From Bdellovibrionota bacterium (lineage in GTDB: Bacteria; Bdellovibrionota_G; JALEGL01; DATDPG01): a stretch of DNA of 64,000 nucleotides. Under the pieces are notes generated by a model. The model was given only the letters and a program-made list of their open reading frames with translations. It was not told the origin of the DNA and did no database searches. The position numbers and the translations under genes were made by a program. The stretch spans positions 96,001 to 160,000 of the forward strand of contig OY764265.1 in the NCBI GenBank assembly GCA_963668355.1, given 5' to 3'. Positions 37,852 through 47,954 of the stretch are shown one piece after another (the stretch's first letter is position 1; the number at the start of each line of letters is the position of its first letter).

Positions 37852-38786
37852 GTCGAATTTTTAATAGCATTCTCGACACCATCGGCAACACCCCACTCGT
37901 TCGCGTCCAAACTTCCTCCAATGGCAAGTGTGAAGTTCTCTTCAAACTCGAATCGTTTAACCCCATGGCAAGTGTGAAAGATCGAATTGCGTATGCGATG
38001 GTGGAAGATGCTTTAAAAAAAGGTCATATCGACGAAAAGACCACGATCATCGAGCCCACTTCTGGGAATACTGGAATTGGATTGGCTTTGGTTTGTGCGG
38101 CAAAAAGGATTCCTTTAGTTCTAACCATGCCTGACACCATGTCCGTGGAACGTCGGAAAATCTTAAATGCGTTGGGAGCAAAGTTGATTCTCACACCTGG
38201 AACAGAGGGAATGAAAGGGGCCATTCAAAAGGCAGAAGAGCTTCAAAAGACCACGCTTCACTCCATCATCATTGGTCAATTCACCAATCCCGCGAATCCT
38301 GAGATCCATCGAAAAACAACCGCCAAAGAAATTTGGAACGACACAGATGGAAAGATTGACATCATTGTCGCGGGGGTTGGAACCGGAGGAACCATCACGG
38401 GATGCGCTGAGTATTTAAAGGAACAAAAAAAATCCATTCAGGCGGTGGCTGTAGAACCCACAGACTCCCCGGTTATCACGCAGGCCCTGGCTAAAAAAGA
38501 GCTAAGCCCCGGCCCCCACAAAATTCAGGGAATCGGTGCGGGATTCATTCCCGACGTATTGAATCTTGGATTACTGGACGAGGTAATCGCCGTTACCAAC
38601 GAACAAGCTTTTGAGACTTCTCGTAGGCTTTGCCAACAAGAAGGCATCATGGTCGGCATTTCTTCGGGGGCCGTTGCTCAAGCAGCGTTTGAGTTGGCCG
38701 AGCGCCCTGAAAACGCGCGAAAAACCATCGTAGCGATCTTAGCCAGTCACGGTGAAAGATACCTTTCAACTCCCTTATTCGATTGA
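37848..38786 (+). CDS. cysK: Cysteine synthase A
   Basis: SVKDR PLP lysine, PTSGNTG, GVGTGGT, HKIQGIG and ERYLS motifs. Confidence 0.96.
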   Translation: MSRIFNSILDTIGNTPLVRVQTSSNGKCEVLFKLESFNPMASVKDRIAYAMVEDALKKGHIDEKTTIIEPTSGNTGIGLALVCAAKRIPLVLTMPDTMSVERRKILNALGAKLILTPGTEGMKGAIQKAEELQKTTLHSIIIGQFTNPANPEIHRKTTAKEIWNDTDGKIDIIVAGVGTGGTITGCAEYLKEQKKSIQAVAVEPTDSPVITQALAKKELSPGPHKIQGIGAGFIPDVLNLGLLDEVIAVTNEQAFETSRRLCQQEGIMVGISSGAVAQAAFELAERPENARKTIVAILASHGERYLSTPLFD

Positions 38787-38792
38787 AAGAAA

Positions 38793-40238
38793 TTAAATCG
38801 AATACGGTAGAACGTCTTGGTGAGACGTGCAAACGCAATTGCGGCCATCTTTCTTGGCGCGATACAACGCTCGATCCGCAAGTTCGACTAGCTCACGAGA
38901 CTGAAGTCCCTTCCGGGGCCAAAGCGTCGCTACTCCAAGGCTAACCGTGACCCAAGGATGGTTGGGGTTTTCTAGGTGCTCGAGGCGAAGTTTTTCAATG
39001 CGTTTTCGAATTCTTTCCGCCATTTTCTCGGCTTCAATCAAATCGGTATCGGCCAGAATAGCAGCAAACTCTTCTCCTCCATATCGCACACCAAACTCGC
39101 TCGGACGACGCAAGGAAACCTTCAGCACATTCCCAATTTTTTTCAAACATTCATCCCCAGAAAAATGACCGTATCGATCATTGTATTGTTTGAAATGATC
39201 GACATCCAACATGATCAATGAAAGGGGGTGGTGATTTCGCCAGGCTCTATTCCACTCATTCTTTAAACGTTCGTCAAAAAACCGTCGATTCCCGACACCT
39301 GTGAGAGGGTCCACCTCAGACATCTCCTGCAAGTAATGATTGGCTTTTTCCAAACGCTTTTGCGTGGCCATCAACTCTTCAAACAAAAAAGCTTTTTCGA
39401 TGGCATAGGAAAGTTGTGCGGCTAAGAAGCGAAATGTCTCGACATGCGTCGATTGATAAACATTGGTTTTTCGAGAGGAAAAAAACAAAAAACCAACTGA
39501 ACGATCAAAAGCAATCAAAGGGCAGGTTAAACTTGATTTCATTCCCTCTTTCACAATTCTTCGGGTGGAATGAGAGTTTGGCTTCTTGGCCAAGTAAGCC
39601 GGAAGATCATTCAAAATCCGAGCTTCTTTGTTACGTAAAACTTTAAGTAAGCTGCTCCCCTTCAATTGTTCTTCATACCCAATCGAAAGGCGAAGAGGTC
39701 GAGACTCACTTCGCGCCCACATGGCCTTTAGAGAACGTCGATCTTCACTCAACTTGGCAAACCCAATGCGATCATAGGGAACGAAATGGCGAAACGAGTC
39801 ATACACATGATTCAAAATTTCCGTCACGGTCAAACCCGACAGAATCTTTTCGCTTAACAATGAAAACTGAGAAAAAATTCCCTGAGAGGATTGCGCATCA
39901 ATGTGCTTTTTCAATAACTCGCGCCGATGGTCATCCATTTTTTCAAAGTAAAAACCAAAGGTTTCTTCGTTTTCTTTGTCTTTTTGAAAACGCACAACAC
40001 GCGCTTCCGCTTCAAAAACTTCGCCATCGGCCAAATCAAAATCCAGAAAAACTTTTTCCTGTGGGTCGACATGGAAGCCCCCCACCACACTCATTCCTTG
40101 GAGGCTTAAGTTTCGGGCGTACCCGACGACCTGTTTTTTCTCTTGAGGGAGTCCAATTTTCACTTTGTGATCAAAAGGAATGCGGACGGCCGCGTTGGCT
40201 CCTCTTCTTTCATATCGGACCATCATTTCGAAGCTCAC
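38793..40238 (-). CDS. Diguanylate cyclase with PilZ and GAF domains
   Basis: N-terminal ERR...NLSLQG PilZ-like motifs; central GAF; DPLTG, DHFKQYND.YGH and GGEEF. Start may be 40226. Confidence 0.9.
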   Translation of the reverse strand: MSFEMMVRYERRGANAAVRIPFDHKVKIGLPQEKKQVVGYARNLSLQGMSVVGGFHVDPQEKVFLDFDLADGEVFEAEARVVRFQKDKENEETFGFYFEKMDDHRRELLKKHIDAQSSQGIFSQFSLLSEKILSGLTVTEILNHVYDSFRHFVPYDRIGFAKLSEDRRSLKAMWARSESRPLRLSIGYEEQLKGSSLLKVLRNKEARILNDLPAYLAKKPNSHSTRRIVKEGMKSSLTCPLIAFDRSVGFLFFSSRKTNVYQSTHVETFRFLAAQLSYAIEKAFLFEELMATQKRLEKANHYLQEMSEVDPLTGVGNRRFFDERLKNEWNRAWRNHHPLSLIMLDVDHFKQYNDRYGHFSGDECLKKIGNVLKVSLRRPSEFGVRYGGEEFAAILADTDLIEAEKMAERIRKRIEKLRLEHLENPNHPWVTVSLGVATLWPRKGLQSRELVELADRALYRAKKDGRNCVCTSHQDVLPYSI

Positions 40239-40412
40239 TTTGTCACAATTTCATGATCTAAATCAATACTTTCTGTCGGTATTCCTCAACCTCCACATTT
40301 CTTTTTCTTCCCTTTCGGAAAACCACCCGGTCTATTGATCAAGCGATCTTCATTGTGTAGAGTCCCGGCGAAGTAAAATAAAACCAAGAATAACAGTAAC
40401 ATAGGTGGGTTT

Positions 40413-41936
40413 ATGGCCGTTATAGCACAAGGAAAAGGATTAACCGTTGAAGACGTCGTTCGTGTCGCCCGTTTTGGGGAAAAGGTGGAACTCTCCCCGG
40501 ACGCTTTGAAACGAATTCAAACCTGCCGAACGATGGTGGAAAAAAATATCGCTCAAGGCACGAAGATGTATGGCATCAACACCGGAATTGGAAACCTCGT
40601 GGATGTCATCCTCACCCCAGACCAACAAGACGAATTTCAAAAATATCTGATTTACAATCACGCCGCCGGAATTGGCGACCCTTTTCCCATTGAAGTGGTT
40701 CGCGCAGCCATGATGACCCGTGTGAATGTACATGCCTTGGGTCATTCGGGTTGCCGGCCCGTCATCACGCAAACCTTCATCGAATTGCTGAATAAAAATG
40801 TCACCCCTGTTGTTTGCCGAAAAGGAAGCGTCGGAGCGTGTGGGGACCTCGCTCCCATGAGTCAAATTGCCTTGTCCATGATGGGAGAAGGAGAAGCTTT
40901 CTATAATGGGCAACGCATGCCCATGAAAACGGCTATGGACCAAGCCGGCATTCCCATCCCAGGTCTAAAACCGAGAGATGGCTTGTCTTCCATCAATGGA
41001 AGCAACGTCGTCTTGGGAATGGGTTGTCTCTGGTTGTACGACATTGAGCGGTGGCTCAAACAGGCTGAAATCGCCACAGCCATGACGTTGGAAGCACTCA
41101 TGGCAAATATGAAACCGTATGTCGCCAAATTGCATGAAGCACGCGGTTTTTATGGAGCTATTACTTCCGCCAACAATATCCGAAAATGTGTGGAAGGCAG
41201 TGATCTACTCACCAATACAAAAGTCAAACTTCAAGATGCCTATAGCATGCGATCCACACCTCAAATCATCGGTGCTGCCCGAGATCAATGGGTTCATACC
41301 AAGAAACAATTTGAAATCGAACTCAATGGAGCGGGAGACAATCCTTTGTTTTTCCCAGAAGAGGATGTGGTATTGACGGGAGCAAACTTCCAAGCCATGC
41401 CCATCAGTCTGCCCTTGGATACCCTGGGCGCAGCCGTGTGCATGGTTTCGGTTCTCTCCGAACGAAGATTAAACCGGCTTCTCAATGAAGCCCTCAGTCA
41501 AGGATTGCCTCCTTTTCTAACCAAAAATGCAGGCCTTTTTTCTGGAATGATGCTCAGTCAATACACCGCGGATACGTTGGTGGTTGAACAAAAAATTCTA
41601 TCGAACCCAGGCTTCACGCAATCCATTCCGGCCGCTGCGGATCAGGAAGATTTCGTCAGCATGGGGATGAATTCAGCTCATAAAACCCGAGAGATCATCG
41701 ACAACGCTCAAAGTGTGATCGGAATTGAATTCATGGCGGCCGCACAAGCCATTGACTTCCGAGATTTTAAACCCGGAAAAGGGACTCAAGCCGCTCACGC
41801 CGTCATACGAAAGTACATTGAGCATCTAGACATCGACCGCCCGCTATATAAAGACCACAACAAAATCACAGAAGTTGTGAAGGGATTGGAGATTCTGAAA
41901 AATGTCGAGGAGGCCATCGGTCCTCTGCATTCCTAG
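40413..41936 (+). CDS. Histidine/aromatic amino-acid ammonia-lyase family protein (Ala-Cys-Gly at the MIO site)
   Basis: YGINTG, GSVGACGDLAP, QDAYSMR, DNPL, GANF and QEDFVSMG motifs. Confidence 0.9.
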   Translation: MAVIAQGKGLTVEDVVRVARFGEKVELSPDALKRIQTCRTMVEKNIAQGTKMYGINTGIGNLVDVILTPDQQDEFQKYLIYNHAAGIGDPFPIEVVRAAMMTRVNVHALGHSGCRPVITQTFIELLNKNVTPVVCRKGSVGACGDLAPMSQIALSMMGEGEAFYNGQRMPMKTAMDQAGIPIPGLKPRDGLSSINGSNVVLGMGCLWLYDIERWLKQAEIATAMTLEALMANMKPYVAKLHEARGFYGAITSANNIRKCVEGSDLLTNTKVKLQDAYSMRSTPQIIGAARDQWVHTKKQFEIELNGAGDNPLFFPEEDVVLTGANFQAMPISLPLDTLGAAVCMVSVLSERRLNRLLNEALSQGLPPFLTKNAGLFSGMMLSQYTADTLVVEQKILSNPGFTQSIPAAADQEDFVSMGMNSAHKTREIIDNAQSVIGIEFMAAAQAIDFRDFKPGKGTQAAHAVIRKYIEHLDIDRPLYKDHNKITEVVKGLEILKNVEEAIGPLHS

Positions 41937-42028
41937 CGCGTTAGTTGACAGAGGATTCAGCCTTTCATAAAAGGCTTACTTCAAACCATTTTTTTGAATC
42001 AATCTTCGGTTAACGAAAGGGATGTCAC

Positions 42029-42772
42029 ATGGCTAAATTGGATGGGAAACTTGCGCTGGTTACAGGAGCCGCCCGAGGCATTGGGCAAGCCATTGCGGAA
42101 GAATTGGCTCGCGAGGGTGCAGATCTCGCCATCTGTGATTTGCAGAAAGACTGGCTCAAAGAAACGGCTGAACTGATTCAAAAATTGGGGCGAAAGGTTA
42201 ACACGTATTCCGTCAATGTGACGGACGCTCAAGCCGTCAGTGATGTCATTTCGTCCATTCAGAAGGACTTCGGGAAAATTGACATCCTCGTGAATAATGC
42301 AGGAATCACAAAAGACACGCTTCTTCCGAGAATGAAAGAAGAAGACTGGGACAGCGTGATTAATGTAAATCTCAAGGGAACGTTTCTTTTCACAAAGGCT
42401 GTAGCACGTCCCATGATGAAACAGCGATCGGGAACGATTGTAAACATTGCTTCCGTGATCGGTTTAATGGGAAATGCAGGCCAAGCAAACTATGCGGCAT
42501 CGAAGGCGGGCGTCATTGCCTTAACAAAGTCTTCCGCTAAAGAACTGGGCTCTCGGAACGTTCGAGTAAACGCTGTGGCTCCTGGATACATCGCCACAAA
42601 AATGACCGAAGTTTTATCGGAAGAAGCCAAACAACAAATGCTCAGCAACGTTCCCCTCCAAAGACCTGGAACGCCTAAAGATGTCGCCCGAGCAGTCGTT
42701 TTTCTCGCGAGCGAAGATTCTTCCTATACCACGGGACAAACCCTCACGGTTTCCGGTGGCATGGTCATGTAG
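42029..42772 (+). CDS. fabG: 3-oxoacyl-ACP reductase (SDR)
   Basis: [14 protein letters not shown] and [12 protein letters not shown] motifs. Confidence 0.88.
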   Translation: MAKLDGKLALVTGAARGIGQAIAEELAREGADLAICDLQKDWLKETAELIQKLGRKVNTYSVNVTDAQAVSDVISSIQKDFGKIDILVNNAGITKDTLLPRMKEEDWDSVINVNLKGTFLFTKAVARPMMKQRSGTIVNIASVIGLMGNAGQANYAASKAGVIALTKSSAKELGSRNVRVNAVAPGYIATKMTEVLSEEAKQQMLSNVPLQRPGTPKDVARAVVFLASEDSSYTTGQTLTVSGGMVM

Positions 42773-42810
42773 CGCTTAAATCGCGCTCTGAAAAAGTTTA
42801 AATCTCGAAC

Positions 42811-43524
42811 TTAGTTCACAGAATGACTCACGGAACTCGATGAACCCGTTTGCTGAATGAGCAGATTCAAACGATCTCTCAATTGTTTTGGATTGATCGG
42901 TTTCACAAAGAAGGAGTCCACCCGAGAGACGTTGATCGCCTCTAAAAGCGCTTCGTTATCGCAGTAGGCCGAAACCATTAATTTTGGGGCCGAACAGAGA
43001 AGTTCATTCATTTGAATCAACATCTGTGTGCCTGTCATTCCTGGCATTCGTTGATCGGTGATCACGGCATCCACCGGTTGGTTCTTCACATAAGCGAGAG
43101 CTTCGTTGGGGTCCGTGAACGACTTGACTTCAAAGTCTCTTCTCAACGCGCGACGAAGAAGATCAACATTGTCTTTTAAATCATCCACAACCAAAACCAC
43201 GGGACGTCGTCGAAGGGGTGCCGTCGAAGTCATTCCCAGTAAAGTTTTTACAGCGCCTTGGGTTCGGGGTTCGGAAGCATGGAATCGAAATAGAAGATCT
43301 CGGTCTTGTTTGCACGTCTGATCTTCAGCATCCATCATCAAATAAGCAGGAACATTAATTTCGCGGGCAATTTTTTTCATCAACCCCCGACTGAAAATTC
43401 CTTTGAACAAGTTGTAAATCGTAATTCGACTCACATCCATCCGACGAGCAAACTCAGCAACAGATATCTTCTCAGCTTTTAGGTGCTCTCTAACCAGTTT
43501 TTCGACTTTCTTCATTTTTGCCAT
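42811..43524 (-). CDS. XRE-type HTH fused to a C-terminal receiver domain
   Basis: N-terminal SVAEFARRMDVSRITIY HTH; REC motifs VVDD, TDQRMP, SA and KP. Confidence 0.85.
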   Translation of the reverse strand: MAKMKKVEKLVREHLKAEKISVAEFARRMDVSRITIYNLFKGIFSRGLMKKIAREINVPAYLMMDAEDQTCKQDRDLLFRFHASEPRTQGAVKTLLGMTSTAPLRRRPVVLVVDDLKDNVDLLRRALRRDFEVKSFTDPNEALAYVKNQPVDAVITDQRMPGMTGTQMLIQMNELLCSAPKLMVSAYCDNEALLEAINVSRVDSFFVKPINPKQLRDRLNLLIQQTGSSSSVSHSVN

Positions 43525-43554
43525 CGTATTCCCCTCTTCGTTAAGGAACTTCGA

Positions 43555-43575
43555 ATGTAAACATTAACTTTACAT
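43555..43575. promoter_or_regulatory. Palindrome ATGTAAA-N7-TTTACAT, candidate operator of the XRE-REC gene
   Basis: Perfect 7-bp arms about 30 nt upstream of the start codon. Confidence 0.45.
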
Positions 43576-43629
43576 CCTGTTCCAGGGGGTAAGTTAGTTC
43601 TTACAATGCAGCGGGTCAATCAGATTCTT

Positions 43630-44811
43630 TCAATTTTTGCACACATCTAGAAGGGCCTGCGTAAAGCCCTCTTTCGTCTTATCAAAACGGGAATACGCCA
43701 ATTGCTTGGATTGAGTCCCAATATTTCCCCGTAATTCAGAGTGTTTACCCAAGAGCTGAATCTTTTCGGCCAACGATGTTGAGGAAAAAGCTTTGAAATG
43801 GAGCGCTTCTTTCCCGTCTCTCATGACCTCACTGGCTCCGCTATTATCCGGAATGATGGCCGGAATACCGAAAAAAGCCCCTTCCATAGGAACCAAACCA
43901 AAGGGCTCCGGATCCAAGGAGGGCATGACTGAAACATCGAAATCCAATAAGTAGGGCTTTGGATCACTCAGAAATCCCGTGAATAACGTTTGAGTATCAA
44001 TCCCCAGATGAACCGCCATTTTTCGATACTCTGCAAGTAAGTCCTTTCGCAAACTGGGATCATTTCCTCCAATAATGACCAGCATCGAATTAGGAAGATC
44101 TTCCTTCGCTTTCTGAAAGGCTTTCATCAATAAGGGAACGCCTTTTCGCTCAATCAATCTCCCCATAAACCCAACGATGAAAACTTTGGAATCCAATCCA
44201 TACTCTTTACGCAATAAGGGCGTTTGATCCGCAAAATCTTCCCCATCAATGGTGTCGTACACGATTTCAACTTTTCCGGTGGATTCATAAGCTTTCGTCG
44301 ACACCTTCGAAACCGCAATGACTTTCTTCACGGACTTCCGCCTCGCAAAAAAACGAAAACAAAGCTTTTCGAGAAAAGAGGACAACCATTCCCGAGAATG
44401 CAAAATAACTTTTTTCCCGGACCACAATCCAGCCATCGCGCAGACCGGGAAATGAATTAAATGGTTGGCGTAAATCATGTCGACATCTAATTCATCCGCC
44501 AAGTTCGCCAAGTCTTTTGCAATCTTTCGAAACAAAAAAATGTTCGCAAGCTTTTCCAGGATCTGGATTCGCAAAAAACACGGGAGAGACATCGCAGTTT
44601 TCCCAAAGCGCTCGGCTAAATTGGAATTATAGTGAATCGTAGCCCCCGCCTCCTTGAGCGGTTTTCCCACCACTCCATCAAATGGCAAAACAATATGTGC
44701 TTCAATGACCTTGGGATCAAACCCGCGAATCATGGTCAACAGAGCTTTGCCTGCTCCTCCTCCACTGACCGACGAATTGACAAAGAGGATGCGCGTTGGC
44801 CTTGCCTCCAT
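43630..44811 (-). CDS. Glycosyltransferase family 4
   Basis: GGAG N-terminal loop, GR...KG and EPFGLVPMEG signature; start at ATG 44811, next to the flippase stop. Confidence 0.9.
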   Translation of the reverse strand: MEARPTRILFVNSSVSGGGAGKALLTMIRGFDPKVIEAHIVLPFDGVVGKPLKEAGATIHYNSNLAERFGKTAMSLPCFLRIQILEKLANIFLFRKIAKDLANLADELDVDMIYANHLIHFPVCAMAGLWSGKKVILHSREWLSSFLEKLCFRFFARRKSVKKVIAVSKVSTKAYESTGKVEIVYDTIDGEDFADQTPLLRKEYGLDSKVFIVGFMGRLIERKGVPLLMKAFQKAKEDLPNSMLVIIGGNDPSLRKDLLAEYRKMAVHLGIDTQTLFTGFLSDPKPYLLDFDVSVMPSLDPEPFGLVPMEGAFFGIPAIIPDNSGASEVMRDGKEALHFKAFSSTSLAEKIQLLGKHSELRGNIGTQSKQLAYSRFDKTKEGFTQALLDVCKN

Positions 44812-44812
44812 T

Positions 44813-46387
44813 TTATCTTTCCACCTTTTCGTGGGTGATAGATGGGGAGGTTTTATTATTTGCTTCCTCTTTTCTCCCAATGCCAGAAAGAAACGCTTTT
44901 ACCCAACGAATGAGATTTCTCTCACTCCGTTCCGCCTTGAAGAAAAAGAGACCTAAAACATAGACCAATAAGAAAAACGTAAATTTTGTCCCCCACAACA
45001 TCCAAGACTCAAACGGCAACAGAAGGCCGCACAGCCAGCCAACCAACAAAGCAATCGCAAAGGAAGCAAGCGATTTGAGCTGCCGACGCTCCAAAGGATG
45101 TACATTCAATAAACGAATGGACTGAATGTAGAGGAGAACCGCCTGACCAAAAAAAGAAATGGTTGTTGCGATGGCAGCTCCATTGATTCCCCAGATGGGA
45201 ACCAACAAAACCAACAGGATTAAATTCACAACCACTAAAGCAATGGTGTTCAGAAGCGTGGTGTAGGCATACCCCGTAATGGACAACACACCTTCCGGCA
45301 TTCCAGAGACGACATACAAAACTTGGCTCACGGCTAAAATCGCCAATGAGACAGCTCCGAACGTAAAATCGCCCCCAAAAGCCTCAAGATAGGCCGTAGG
45401 AACGAGCCACATGGTTCCCAAAGCGGCCAAAGAGGGAATCAAGGACCACCGAATGGAGGTCGCCACTTGACGCGTCAAACGCTCATGAGCTCCTTCAATA
45501 TGAAGTTTTTGTGTAAGAGGCATTAAAACGGGCAAAAATGCGGAGCGCATTTTTCTCAACAGTCCGGAGATCTCGATTACGGCCGCATAGGCACCCACAT
45601 GAGATAAAGGCAAAAACCTTCCGATCACCATCAAGTCCAAACGAAATTTGAACAGGGAAAGAAATTCCATCCCTCCCATGCCCAAGCTCGCATGAAATAA
45701 GGTCGACCAATCAATACGAATTTTCTCTTCTGTGGTTTCGGGAAACAGGCGATGGGCGAAATACAAAGAAAGCAAAAGCATCGCCAAGGCCGAAACGTTG
45801 TGGGCAATGGCAAGGCCAATGACGCCCATATTCTCATTTAAAAGAATGACCCCGACGACCAAGACCACCAAAGGTTCAATCAGAGAGCGAACAAGATTTT
45901 CGTAGCGCATGTCCAATTTGGGTCGAATCGCATGCAGAAGAATATAAGCTCCCGTCAACCCCGGAACGCCCCAGGCAAAAACCTTTAACGATTCTGAAAG
46001 TTCCGGAGTCTTCAAAATGAAATCACATAACCAAGGCGCCATTACATAGAGAAGAACTGAGGCCAGAACACTGGCCCCCAACCCCATCAACAGAATGATC
46101 GACAGTGTTTTTCGAATGTGATGACTTTTTCCTGCGCCTTGAAGGTCTCCGAGAATTTTCATCGATCCAAACGTCATTCCCATCATGGAGATCTTGCTCA
46201 CGAGTTCCTGGATTGCAAAACCCAGCATGTACAACCCAAATCCCTCGACTCCAAGGCTGTGCGAAAAAATAACCAAGAACAAGGGACGCAAGGCCCGCGC
46301 GAAAATTCCGACGGTATTTACCCAAACCCCCTTAGAAAGAGATCTTTGATCTGCCTGATCTGCCTGATCTGCTGACGAATCGGTCAT
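44813..46387 (-). CDS. Oligosaccharide flippase (Wzx/MOP superfamily)
   Basis: LGVEGFG, VGAY and WGINGAAIAT motifs; many TM helices. Confidence 0.87.
   Translation of the reverse strand: MTDSSADQADQADQRSLSKGVWVNTVGIFARALRPLFLVIFSHSLGVEGFGLYMLGFAIQELVSKISMMGMTFGSMKILGDLQGAGKSHHIRKTLSIILLMGLGASVLASVLLYVMAPWLCDFILKTPELSESLKVFAWGVPGLTGAYILLHAIRPKLDMRYENLVRSLIEPLVVLVVGVILLNENMGVIGLAIAHNVSALAMLLLSLYFAHRLFPETTEEKIRIDWSTLFHASLGMGGMEFLSLFKFRLDLMVIGRFLPLSHVGAYAAVIEISGLLRKMRSAFLPVLMPLTQKLHIEGAHERLTRQVATSIRWSLIPSLAALGTMWLVPTAYLEAFGGDFTFGAVSLAILAVSQVLYVVSGMPEGVLSITGYAYTTLLNTIALVVVNLILLVLLVPIWGINGAAIATTISFFGQAVLLYIQSIRLLNVHPLERRQLKSLASFAIALLVGWLCGLLLPFESWMLWGTKFTFFLLVYVLGLFFFKAERSERNLIRWVKAFLSGIGRKEEANNKTSPSITHEKVER
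46347..46372. repeat. 9-nt tandem repeat (TGATCTGCC, about 3 copies) encoding ADQ-ADQ-ADQ at the flippase N-terminus
   Basis: Seen directly; in frame. Confidence 0.8.
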
Positions 46388-46565
46388 GAATTGCTTCTGT
46401 CTATCTCACCCTTGGCATAAGCAAGGATTGTTTCGGTTTTCGCGTTCCTTCGATCTAAATTTGGGCGTTAATATCAGCAAGTTAGGTCCAAGACAACTTC
46501 CGAAAATCCCTTGAGACGATTCCCCATTGAGGTCGAGAAACGAATATTCTATACTGATCTAGATC

Positions 46566-47645
46566 ATGAATTGTTGTGGTTTTGAGATCTGGAAATACGG
46601 GGTGACGGGGCTAACGCTCCTGGGCATGCTGTTTCAGGCCCCCCTTTCTTTGGCCAAGACCTCAGCTCCCGCGAATCCCCAGAAAGTGAAAAAAATGAGT
46701 TCTTTCAAAAAATTAAGCGAGACCGAATTGAAACAAAAACTGAGCAAATTGCAGTATCACGTCACTCAAGAGGACGGGACTGAACCTCCCTTTCAAAATG
46801 AATACTGGGACAATCAGGAGCCCGGCATCTATGTCGATGTGGCTTCTGGAGAACCCCTCTTCAGCTCCTTGGACAAATACAAATCGGGCACGGGTTGGCC
46901 CAGTTTCACCCGTCCTCTTGACCCCGAAAATATTGTGACAAAAACAGATCAGAAACTTGGAATGGAAAGAACGGAAGTTCGCTCCAAACACGGAAATTCC
47001 CACCTGGGACACGTATTTCAAGATGGTCCCGCCCCCACGTTTCAGCGTTTTTGCATGAATTCGGCCTCTCTTCGCTTCATCCCAGCCTCTGAACTGGAAA
47101 AGGAAGGCTATGGCCAATACGCTCATCTTTTCAATAAAGATGAAACCCATGTGAAAAAGCAAAGCGAAGTCGCCATTTTCGCAGGCGGATGCTTTTGGGG
47201 CGTGGAAGAAATTCTCCGAAACATAAAGGGCGTTACTCATACGGAAGTCGGATACACGGGGGGAAAAACCAAAAATCCGAACTACAACGAAGTGAAAAAA
47301 GGAGATACGGGACATACAGAAGCGGTACGTGTCGAGTTTGACCCCTCCGTTCTCTCTTACGAGGAATTGCTATCCTATTTCTTCCGATTACACGATCCCA
47401 CGACCCCTAATCGACAAGGCAATGATGTCGGGACGCAATATCGATCCGTGATTTTTGTGGCGGATGACGCTCAAAAGAAAACCGCCGTAGAGGTCAAGAA
47501 ACGGATCAACGAATCGGGAAAGTGGAAAAACCCCGTGGTGACAGAAATCGTTTCGGCCTCGACGTTTTACCCCGCAGAAAGCTTCCATCAGGACTACCTT
47601 CAAAAGAACCCAAATGGATATACCTGTCATTGGCTAAGGGACTAA
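46566..47645 (+). CDS. msrAB: Bifunctional methionine sulfoxide reductase MsrB-MsrA, probable signal peptide
   Basis: GTGWPSF, HLGHVF and RFCMNS (MsrB), then GGCFWG, GTQYRS and HQDY...GYTCH (MsrA). Confidence 0.93.
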   Translation: MNCCGFEIWKYGVTGLTLLGMLFQAPLSLAKTSAPANPQKVKKMSSFKKLSETELKQKLSKLQYHVTQEDGTEPPFQNEYWDNQEPGIYVDVASGEPLFSSLDKYKSGTGWPSFTRPLDPENIVTKTDQKLGMERTEVRSKHGNSHLGHVFQDGPAPTFQRFCMNSASLRFIPASELEKEGYGQYAHLFNKDETHVKKQSEVAIFAGGCFWGVEEILRNIKGVTHTEVGYTGGKTKNPNYNEVKKGDTGHTEAVRVEFDPSVLSYEELLSYFFRLHDPTTPNRQGNDVGTQYRSVIFVADDAQKKTAVEVKKRINESGKWKNPVVTEIVSASTFYPAESFHQDYLQKNPNGYTCHWLRD

Positions 47646-47672
47646 GATGAGGTAGAAGCGACCTTCACGCAT

Positions 47673-47954
47673 ATGAAGGTCCTAAAAACATCCTCCTGCA
47701 TCTTGGTTTTTTCTTTGCTCCTTACGGGACTCCTTCCCCAAAGGGCCCATGCGGCAAGGGGCCGGGACTACGTGATGGTCACTTCTGGAACCTTGAGTGT
47801 CGCGCTTCTGGGAATCTTGGTGGTTCAAGCCATTCGTTCGGAGGAAAAAGAGGAAACCGGTGAGAAAAGCACCTCTTCTCCGGTTCTTTTACCCCAAGAG
47901 AAAGCCTCCCAGGCCATGGAGAATTTGGGAAATCTCCCAAAGGAGGGGCGATGA
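47673..47954 (+). CDS. Small hypothetical exported/membrane protein
   Basis: Signal peptide ending AHA, then one TM; ATGA overlap with the next gene. Confidence 0.6.
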   Translation: MKVLKTSSCILVFSLLLTGLLPQRAHAARGRDYVMVTSGTLSVALLGILVVQAIRSEEKEETGEKSTSSPVLLPQEKASQAMENLGNLPKEGR

